NCBI GenBank assembly: GCA_003151955.1
Contig: PLZB01000060.1
Coordinates: 1-24,221 of the forward strand
DNA from: Acidimicrobiaceae bacterium
Lineage (GTDB): Bacteria > Actinomycetota > Acidimicrobiia > Acidimicrobiales > UBA8190
Length of the DNA stretch: 24,221 bases
Reading direction: 5' to 3'
Part shown: positions 16,534 to 23,457 of the stretch, piece after piece
How the letters are laid out: each line of letters starts with the position of its first letter
Position numbering within the stretch: the stretch's first letter is position 1
The notes under the pieces: generated by a model
Told to the model about the DNA's origin: nothing
Databases searched by the model: none
Seen by the model: only the letters and a program-made list of their open reading frames with translations
Program-made: the position numbers and the translations under genes

Positions 16534-16578
16534 TCCCTACCATCCCCGGAGCACCGATCCTCGACCGGAGGGGAACCC

Positions 16579-18465
16579 ATGTTCTCGATCGGCTATCTCT
16601 GGAACGAGCTCCGGCGACGCTGGAGTCGGACCCTCGTCACCGCCGTGGGCCTCGCCGCCGGTGTCGGCCTCGTCATGGCCATCATCGGCGTCTCCGCCGG
16701 CCTGACCGACGCCCAGGGCAAGGCCCTCTCCCCCCTCTCCACGGTCGGGACCGACATCATCGTCACCCGGACCGTGGGTGCCACCACCGCCGCGGCTGCC
16801 TCGACCACGACGACGACGACCGCCCCGACCGGCTTCGGTGGGCCCGGTGCCGGGGGCGGTCCCGGCGGAGGCGGCGGCGGCGGCTTCTTCGGTGGAGGGG
16901 CCCGGGGTCTTGGAGGCACGAGCGCCATCAGCTCCCTCAACTCCACCGACCAGGCCACCCTCCTGAACGCCAACTCCTCGATCCTCACCGACCTCTCCAA
17001 GCTCGGCCCGGCCGGGACCGCATTCACCTACGACTTCTTCGTCCCCGGCACCCTCATCACCTTCCCCGACCAGGCCCTCCAGGTCGTCTCGGCCGTGAAG
17101 GGCGTCCAGTCCGCCGTCCCCGGCCTCTCCCTCCAGGCCCTCCACGAGAGCGGCACCGTCCCCGCCATCTCCGCCTCGATCCAGACCGGGGGCCAGACCA
17201 TCACGGCCACCTCGACCCCGGCTCCCCTCACCGCGGCCGAGCGGACCCAGGTCCGGCAGTGCCTCCAGAACAGCGGGGCCTTCCCCAACTCCACCACCAC
17301 GACAACCCCGGCCGGCTCCGGGCCCCCCACCGCCACCCCCGGCGCCTCGGGCAACCCCACCCGGGGCGGCGGCTTCGGCGGCGGTGGCGGGGGCGCTCTG
17401 GACATCGGTGCCCTCGACAGCCGCTTCGGCTCCGCCTTCACCACCTGCCTCCCGGCCCGCTACCAGCAGTACGAGGCCCAGGTCGTCGTTCCCACCCAGA
17501 CCATCACCCAGGTCCTGAACCCGCCCCAGACCGACACCCAGACCAAGAGCTACACCGTGGCCGGCGTGAACCCCTCGAACACCACCACCGGGCTGATCAC
17601 GAAGGCCCAGCTCGTCTCCGGGTCCTGGTTCGGCTCCTCCCCCGCCGACCAGCTCCTCGTCAACACCGCCTACGCCAGCTCGAATTCCATCAAGGTGGGC
17701 CAGACCCTCACCATCGACAGCACCACCTTCACCGTCGTCGGCCTCGTCAACCCCACCCTGACCGGGAACACCTCCGACCTCTACTTCGACCTCGCCACCC
17801 TCCAGAGCCTGGCCAGCAACGCCGGCCGGGTCAACGAGGTCCTCGTCAAGGTCACCGACGCCAGCCAGGTCGACGCCGTGGCCGCTGCCATCCAGAAGGA
17901 GCTCCCCGGGGCCCAGGTCCTCACCTCGAAGAGCCTGGCCAGCCAGGTCACCGGCAGCCTCTCCCAGGCCCATTCCCTGGCCACCAACCTCGGTGGGGCC
18001 CTGGCCGTCATCGTCCTGTTGGCCGCCTTCCTCATCGCCGCCCTCCTGACCCTGGCCAGCGTGGCCAAGCGGGTCCGGGAGATCGGCACCCTCAGGGCCC
18101 TGGGCTGGTCCAAGGGCCGGGTCGTCCGCCAGATCGTGGCGGAGACAGTCGGCATCGGGCTCCTGGGCGGTGTCATCGGGATCGGCCTCGGCGTGGGGAT
18201 CTGCGCCCTCATCACCCACCTGGGCCCGACCCTGACCTCCACCTCGACCGGCACCGCCGTCGGGGCCTCCACGGCCGGGAGCGTCTTCCACCAGGCCACC
18301 ACGGCCGCGGCGAGCACGAGCGTCCGCCTGACCGCTCCCATCAAGCTCTCCACGGTGGGGCTGGGGCTCCTCTTCGGCGGCCTGGGTGGCTTCCTGTCCG
18401 GCGGGGCCGGCGGCTGGCGGGCGGCCCGGCTCCCACCGGCCTCGGCCATGCGGGACCTGGGATGA
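16579..18465 (+). CDS. ABC transporter permease, FtsX/MacB-type. It has one N-terminal TM, a very large (~480-aa) extracytoplasmic domain with Gly-rich inserts, and three C-terminal TMs.
   Basis: A GGAGGGG RBS lies 5 nt before ATG 16579. The C-terminal FtsX core is AVIVLLAAFLIAALLTLASVAKRVREIGTLRALGWSKGRVVRQIVAE...GIGLLGG. The Gly-runs are GFGGPGAGGGPGGGGGGGFFGGGARGLGG and RGGGFGGGGGGALDIG. Confidence 0.8.
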   Translation: MFSIGYLWNELRRRWSRTLVTAVGLAAGVGLVMAIIGVSAGLTDAQGKALSPLSTVGTDIIVTRTVGATTAAAASTTTTTTAPTGFGGPGAGGGPGGGGGGGFFGGGARGLGGTSAISSLNSTDQATLLNANSSILTDLSKLGPAGTAFTYDFFVPGTLITFPDQALQVVSAVKGVQSAVPGLSLQALHESGTVPAISASIQTGGQTITATSTPAPLTAAERTQVRQCLQNSGAFPNSTTTTTPAGSGPPTATPGASGNPTRGGGFGGGGGGALDIGALDSRFGSAFTTCLPARYQQYEAQVVVPTQTITQVLNPPQTDTQTKSYTVAGVNPSNTTTGLITKAQLVSGSWFGSSPADQLLVNTAYASSNSIKVGQTLTIDSTTFTVVGLVNPTLTGNTSDLYFDLATLQSLASNAGRVNEVLVKVTDASQVDAVAAAIQKELPGAQVLTSKSLASQVTGSLSQAHSLATNLGGALAVIVLLAAFLIAALLTLASVAKRVREIGTLRALGWSKGRVVRQIVAETVGIGLLGGVIGIGLGVGICALITHLGPTLTSTSTGTAVGASTAGSVFHQATTAAASTSVRLTAPIKLSTVGLGLLFGGLGGFLSGGAGGWRAARLPPASAMRDLG

Positions 18466-19310
18466 GCCCGGTGGAGAACGATCCGAGTGACCCCGAGAGG
18501 AGCGAGACCATGACCGACGAGGAACTCGAGACCGACAGGGAGCTCGACACCGACGGCGAGCTCCGGGGACCGGAGACGACCGGGACCGGGGCGGCCCAGC
18601 CGCCCGCCACGTTCGACCCGCCCGGGATCCTCTACGAGCTCAGGCAGATCGAGCGTCGCTACCAGCGGGGCAGCACCCCGGTCCTGGCCCTGAAGTCGCT
18701 CGACCTCGACATCCGGGCCGGCGAGTTCCTCTCGATCGAGGGACCGAGCGGCTCGGGCAAGAGCACCCTCCTCCAGCTCCTCGGCGGCCTCGACGTGGCC
18801 ACGGCCGGGACCATCCGGCTCGACGGCCAGGAGCTGGGATCCTGCCGGGACAAGAGCCTGACCGCCATCCGGAGCCAGCAGATCGGCTTCGTCTTCCAGC
18901 AGTTCAACCTGATCCCCACCCTGACCGCCCTCGAGAACGTCGCCATCGCCATGGTCCCCCACCACGTCCGCCGGGCCGACCGGGTGGCCCGGGCCACCGA
19001 GCTCCTCGAAGGTGTCGGCCTGGGCCAGCGCCTCGACCACCTCCCCTCCCGGCTCTCCGGGGGGGAGCAGCAGCGGGTGGCCATCGCCCGGGCCCTGGCC
19101 AACCGGCCCCGGGTCATCATCGCCGACGAGCCCACCGGGAACCTCGACTCCGAGAGCGCCAACGACGTCCTCGGTCTCCTCGAGGAGCTCCAGACCGGCG
19201 ACCAGCCCGTGACGATCATCGTGGCCACCCACGACCCCGAGGTGGCCGGCCGGGCCCGCCGCCGGGTCAGGCTCCGAGACGGCGCCGTCGTCGAGGACGT
19301 GGCGGCCTGA
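18462..19310 (+). CDS. ABC transporter ATP-binding protein (MacB/LolD-like) with an acidic N-terminal extension.
   Basis: Walker A GPSGSGKST, Q-loop, signature LSGGEQQRVAIARAL, Walker B VIIADEPTGNLD, and H-loop ATHD are present. ATG 18462 overlaps the permease stop (ATGA). An alternative start at ATG 18510 has a GAGAGGAG RBS. Either way, at least ~45 D/E/T-rich residues precede the ATPase core. Confidence 0.85.
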   Translation: MSPVENDPSDPERSETMTDEELETDRELDTDGELRGPETTGTGAAQPPATFDPPGILYELRQIERRYQRGSTPVLALKSLDLDIRAGEFLSIEGPSGSGKSTLLQLLGGLDVATAGTIRLDGQELGSCRDKSLTAIRSQQIGFVFQQFNLIPTLTALENVAIAMVPHHVRRADRVARATELLEGVGLGQRLDHLPSRLSGGEQQRVAIARALANRPRVIIADEPTGNLDSESANDVLGLLEELQTGDQPVTIIVATHDPEVAGRARRRVRLRDGAVVEDVAA

Positions 19311-19330
19311 GCCCGAGATCCCACTCGGGC
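19311..19330 (+). terminator. GC-rich hairpin GCCCGAG-atccca-CTCGGGC directly after the ABC ATPase stop.
   Basis: A 7-bp perfect stem with a 6-nt loop, starting 1 nt after the TGA. No U-tract follows. Confidence 0.3.
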
Positions 19331-19336
19331 GAGTTG

Positions 19337-19774
19337 ATGGCCCTCGACCCGGACGTCGTCGAGGTCGCCGGAGCCCTCCGGGTGGGCGTCGGCCTTCTCC
19401 GGCGACGGCTCCGCCAGCTCCAGGCCGACGACGGGCTCACCCTGCCCGAGACCTCGGCCCTGGCCTGGCTCGACCGGGTCGGGCCGTCCACGGCCAGCGG
19501 GCTGGCCCGGCTGGAGCAGATCAGCCCCCAGTCCATGGGGGCCACCCTGGCCGGCCTCGAGGCCCGGGGCCTCGTCGAGCGGCGCCCGGACCCCGGGGAC
19601 GGCCGCCAGTCGGTGCTGACGTTGACCGGGGCCGGTCTCGACGAGCTCCGCAGCAGGCGGGACGCCCTGACCCGGCAGCTGGCCAAGGCCCTCTCGACGT
19701 CGTTCTCCCCGACGGAGCTCCGACAGCTGGCCGCAGCCACCCCGCTGCTCGAGCGCCTGGCCCAGACCATCTGA
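19337..19774 (+). CDS. MarR-family transcriptional regulator.
   Basis: The winged-helix region reads LTLPETSALAWLDRVGPSTASGLARLEQISPQSMGATLAGLEARGLVERRPDPGDGRQSVLTLTGAG. The stop overlaps the MFS start (TGATG at 19772-19776). Confidence 0.85.
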   Translation: MALDPDVVEVAGALRVGVGLLRRRLRQLQADDGLTLPETSALAWLDRVGPSTASGLARLEQISPQSMGATLAGLEARGLVERRPDPGDGRQSVLTLTGAGLDELRSRRDALTRQLAKALSTSFSPTELRQLAAATPLLERLAQTI

Positions 19775-21492
19775 TGCCGTCGGCCGGGTCGCTCCAGCAG
19801 GTGGCCCGGGCCGACGACCGCCACAAGTGGGTGGCCCTCTCGATCACGACCCTCGGGGGGCTCATGGCCTCCATCGACGGCTCGATCATGCTGATCGCCA
19901 TGCCCGACATCTTCCGGGGCATCCACCTCGATCCCCTCCGGCCCGGCAACAGCTTCTACCTGCTCTGGATGATCCTGGGCTTCCTCATCGTCACCAGTGT
20001 CCTCGTCCTGAGCCTGGGCCGACTCGGCGACATCTACGGACGGGTCCGCGTCTACAACCTCGGCTTCGCCACCTTCACCTTCTTCTCCCTCCTCCTCTCC
20101 GTCACCTGGATGTCCGGTTCGGCGGCGGGAATCTGGCTCATCGTGATCCGGATCTTCCAGGGGGTGGGCGCGGCCATGCTGCTGGCCCAGTCGGCCGCCA
20201 TCCTCACCGACGCCTTCCCCGAGCACCAGCGGGGTCTGGCCCTGGGCATCAACCAGACGGCCAACATCAGCGGCCTCTTCATCGGCCTGGTCCTGGGAGG
20301 CCTGCTGGCCCCGATCAACTGGCGGCTGATCTTTCTGGTCTCGGTCCCGATCGGCCTCTTCGCCACCATCTACGGCTACCGGGCCCTCCGGGAGGTGGGT
20401 GTCTCCCAGCGGGCCGGGATCGACTGGGCCGGCAACGCCACCTTCGCCGCCGGCCTGGTCCTGACCCTGGTCGGGATCACCAGCGGCATCCAGCCCTACG
20501 CCGGCGACGCCATGGGGTGGACCAACCCCGTCGTCCTGGCCGAGCTGGCCGGCGGAGCCGCTCTCCTCGTGGCGTTCTGCCTCATCGAGTCCAAGGTAGA
20601 CGAACCAATGTTCCGTCTCCCCCTCTTTCGGATCCGGGCCTTCACCGCCGGCGTCCTGGCCAGCTTCCTGGCCGCTCTGGGCCGCGGCGGCCTCATGTTC
20701 ATGCTCGTCATCTGGCTCCAGGGGATCTGGTTGCCCCTCCATGGCTACAGCTTCGCCGTGACCCCCCTCTGGGCCGGCGTCGCCATGCTGCCACTCACGG
20801 CCGGGTTCCTCATCGCCGGCCCACTCTCGGGAGTCCTGTCGGACCACTTCGGGGCCCGGCCCTTCGCCACGGCCGGCATGCTCGGATCGGCCGCCTGCTT
20901 CGCCCTGCTCGAGACCCTGCCCATCGACTTCCCCTACTGGACCTTCGGGCTCCTCCTCCTGGCCATGGGCCTGGCCATGGGCGGGTTCTCCTCACCGAAC
21001 CGGGCCGGCGTGATGAACTCCCTCCCGGCATCCGACCGGGGGGCCGGATCCGGGATGAACACCACCTTCCAGAACTCGGCCCAGGTCCTCTCCATCGGGA
21101 TCTTCTTCACCCTGATGATCGTCGGTCTGGCCTCGACCCTGCCGACAAGCCTGGCCCAGGGCCTCGCCGACCACGGGGTCCCGCCGACCACCGCGGTCCG
21201 GGTCTCCCACCTACCTCCCGTCTCGACCCTCTTCGCCGCTTTCCTGGGCTACAACCCGATACAGCACCTACTGGGCCCATCGGTCCTGGCCCACCTCACC
21301 GGGGCCCAACGTCGGGTCCTCCTGGGCCGTGAGTTCTTCCCGTCCCTCGTCTCCGGTCCCTTCAGGGCCGGTCTCCACGTGGCCTTCGACTTCTCCGTCC
21401 TGGCCTGCCTGGCCGCGGCCGCGGCAAGCTGGACCCGGGGCAGGAACCCCGCCGACCCAGCTCGGGCTACCCGGCGGCTCCGGGCTCCGTAG
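19774..21492 (+). CDS. MFS transporter, DHA2-like (~14 TMS) drug:H+ antiporter family (EmrB/QacA-like).
   Basis: It is 572 aa and hydrophobic throughout, with MFS motifs (GRLGDIYGRVRVY, motif A-like; GPLSGVLSDHFGARP). It is translationally coupled to MarR. Confidence 0.85.
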   Translation: MPSAGSLQQVARADDRHKWVALSITTLGGLMASIDGSIMLIAMPDIFRGIHLDPLRPGNSFYLLWMILGFLIVTSVLVLSLGRLGDIYGRVRVYNLGFATFTFFSLLLSVTWMSGSAAGIWLIVIRIFQGVGAAMLLAQSAAILTDAFPEHQRGLALGINQTANISGLFIGLVLGGLLAPINWRLIFLVSVPIGLFATIYGYRALREVGVSQRAGIDWAGNATFAAGLVLTLVGITSGIQPYAGDAMGWTNPVVLAELAGGAALLVAFCLIESKVDEPMFRLPLFRIRAFTAGVLASFLAALGRGGLMFMLVIWLQGIWLPLHGYSFAVTPLWAGVAMLPLTAGFLIAGPLSGVLSDHFGARPFATAGMLGSAACFALLETLPIDFPYWTFGLLLLAMGLAMGGFSSPNRAGVMNSLPASDRGAGSGMNTTFQNSAQVLSIGIFFTLMIVGLASTLPTSLAQGLADHGVPPTTAVRVSHLPPVSTLFAAFLGYNPIQHLLGPSVLAHLTGAQRRVLLGREFFPSLVSGPFRAGLHVAFDFSVLACLAAAAASWTRGRNPADPARATRRLRAP

Positions 21493-22903
21493 GTCCGGCC
21501 CCGAGGGGGGCGGGCTGGCTGCTCCCGTCCCCCAGGTGGTTGTCGGTCGTACCGGCGCCATTGCCGGTACCCGCCCCGTTCGATGCCGCCCCACCGACGA
21601 CGATGGCCTTGCGGAGCGCCTCGTAGATGGTCATGCCCTGGCCGACGACCCCGGCCACCATCTGATTGACGCCCTCACTCCCGTTGATGACGGTGAGGTT
21701 CGATCCCTCGATGCCCTTGGCGGCCGCCTCGACCAGCGACGGGAGGACGTCGATCAGCTTGTTGGCCGCGATCAGGGCCTGGTTCCCCCCGGCCAGGGCC
21801 GCGGCCCGGACGTTGATGGCGTCGGCGTCGGCGGCGGCCACAGCCCGGCGGGCATAGCTCTCGCCGTCGGCCTCGTGCTTCTTGGCCTCGGCGTCGGCCG
21901 CGGCCCGGACCTTCTCCGCCTCGGCCTCCGCTGACGCGATGGCCCGACGCCGGTTGGCCTCGGCCTCGGTGTTGAATCCCACCGTGTCCCGGTTGGCCTC
22001 GGCCAGGGTCCGCTGCCGGAAGGCCTCCGCCTCGGTCTCCGCCTTCGTCTTGTCCCGGGCCGCGTCGGCCAGGGTCCGCGTCTTGTAGGCCTCGGCGTCC
22101 GCCGGTCGCCGCACCTCGGACTCGAGCCGCTTGTCGGTCAGGTCGGCGGCCCGCTCGGCCAGGGCCGTTTGTTGCTCGATGACCTCCTGGGAGGCCTGGG
22201 CCTCGGCCAGCGGCCCGGCCTGGGCCGCCCGGGCCTTGGCCTGCTCCACCTCGGCCGCGAAACCGGCCTGCTTGATCTGGGTGTCCCGGGTGTACTGCCC
22301 CTTCAGGGCGGCAGCCTCCTGCTCTCGCTGGGTGGCCTCCTCGTCGGCCTTGGCCGCCGCGATCCGGGCCATCGAGGCCACGGCTGCAGCGTGGGGGGCG
22401 GCGATGTTGTTGATGTATCCGGTGGCGTCCTCGATCTCCTGGATCTGGAGGGCGTCGACGACGATCCCGAGCTTCTCCATCTCCCCGTGGCTCCCGTCCT
22501 TCACCTCCTGGGCCAGCCGGTCCCGCTCCCTGATGATCTCCTCGACGGTCAGGCTCCCGATGATGGACCGGAGGTGGCCGGCGAAGATCCGCCCCACCAG
22601 GTCCTCCATCCGGTTCTGCTCCGCCAGGAACCGCCGGGCCGCATTGTTGATCGACCCCTGGTCGTCCCCGATCTTGAAGGCGGCGATAGCCCGGATCCGG
22701 AGCCGGATCCCCTGGGTGGTGATGCACTCCTCGGCGATCTCGGCCTCCTGGAGCGAGAGCGACAGGATCCGGGCCTTCTGCTTGATGGGGAGGACGAAGC
22801 AGCCGTGACCGGTGACGATCCGGAACTGGGTGTCGGGCGCCTTGCTCCTCGAACCGGAGATCAGCAGGGCCTCGTTCGGTGCTGGGACATGCCAGAAGAA
22901 CAT
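21467..22903 (-). CDS. floT: Flotillin (SPFH/band-7) protein, FloT/YuaG-like, that starts directly at the SPFH domain and lacks the usual N-terminal hydrophobic hairpin.
   Basis: It aligns with B. subtilis FloT from NEALLISGS (FloT has PDEALIVTGS), through GHGCFVLPI (FloT GGGTFVLPV), through GHLRSIIGSLTVEEIIRERD (FloT GHLRSILGSMTVEEIYKNRE), then an Ala/Glu-rich flotillin coiled coil. A strong AAGGAG RBS lies 5 nt before ATG 22903, with an in-frame TAA four codons upstream. The 3' end overlaps the MFS gene by 26 bp (convergent). Confidence 0.85.
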   Translation of the reverse strand: MFFWHVPAPNEALLISGSRSKAPDTQFRIVTGHGCFVLPIKQKARILSLSLQEAEIAEECITTQGIRLRIRAIAAFKIGDDQGSINNAARRFLAEQNRMEDLVGRIFAGHLRSIIGSLTVEEIIRERDRLAQEVKDGSHGEMEKLGIVVDALQIQEIEDATGYINNIAAPHAAAVASMARIAAAKADEEATQREQEAAALKGQYTRDTQIKQAGFAAEVEQAKARAAQAGPLAEAQASQEVIEQQTALAERAADLTDKRLESEVRRPADAEAYKTRTLADAARDKTKAETEAEAFRQRTLAEANRDTVGFNTEAEANRRRAIASAEAEAEKVRAAADAEAKKHEADGESYARRAVAAADADAINVRAAALAGGNQALIAANKLIDVLPSLVEAAAKGIEGSNLTVINGSEGVNQMVAGVVGQGMTIYEALRKAIVVGGAASNGAGTGNGAGTTDNHLGDGSSQPAPLGAGPTEPGAAG

Positions 22904-23130
22904 CGTCTCTCCTTAGGCCGGCCGGAATGATGGAAGCCGGGGCGGGGGAACCGGATCCCCACCTCGGCCGGGACACCTGGACATCGGGACAAGCGATCGG
23001 GGCCTTCCGCCCCCCTGACCCTCAGCCGGGCCCTTCGCCACCGCGACCTCCGTCGTTCTCATCGCCGACTTCGACTCTATGGGCTCAGCAGCACTGGCCG
23101 GTCCGCCCGGCCAGACCGCCTCTCCGACCC

Positions 23131-23457
23131 TCAGGCCGGCGTCAGCCCAGCCGTCGCCCCCTCGGCCGCGGCCGCCGCGGCCGCCAGCTGCTTCCGGGCC
23201 CGTCGCCGGCCCCGGATCGGCCCGTACTTCCCGAGCATGAACCCGATGACCGAGCCGCAAACGGTCATGACGATCGAGGGGATGAGATTCTTGTAGGAGG
23301 CGATCGAGAAGATCACCATCAACACGTTGGTCCCGATCCCGATCAGGATCCCGAAGAGGATCCCCCTGATGGGATGCCGCTTGACGACCATCGTCCCGAC
23401 CTCGGCATCGGCCGCGGCGGGCTCGGCCACCGGTGAGGAACTCGGGCTCATCGTCAT
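23131..23457 (-). CDS. Small membrane protein (~108 aa): a central two-helix hydrophobic hairpin and a basic, Ala-rich C-terminus.
   Basis: The hydrophobic stretch ILFGILIGIGTNVLMVIFSIASYKNLIPSIVMTVCGSVIGFMLG is followed by KYGPIRGRRRARKQLAAAAAAA. ATG 23457 overlaps the upstream gene's stop (ATGA). The longer ORF running to 23922 has an implausible N-terminal part. Confidence 0.5.
   Translation of the reverse strand: MTMSPSSSPVAEPAAADAEVGTMVVKRHPIRGILFGILIGIGTNVLMVIFSIASYKNLIPSIVMTVCGSVIGFMLGKYGPIRGRRRARKQLAAAAAAAEGATAGLTPA

Noticed and set aside
15951-19310. A 1119-aa + ORF fusing antisense of the response regulator, the permease frame and the ATPase; also - 16537..18291 and - 17781..19232.
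   Set aside because: No stop happens to separate the frames. The RBS-preceded ATG at 16579 and the ATGA junction at 18462 define the two real genes. The minus ORFs are antisense artefacts.
19267-22976. - 19267..20847, + 19827..21332, - 21675..22976 and + 22169..22930.
   Set aside because: These are alternative frames over the MarR/MFS and flotillin genes. Only the called frames give a 14-TMS hydrophobic MFS profile and the FloT SPFH alignment.
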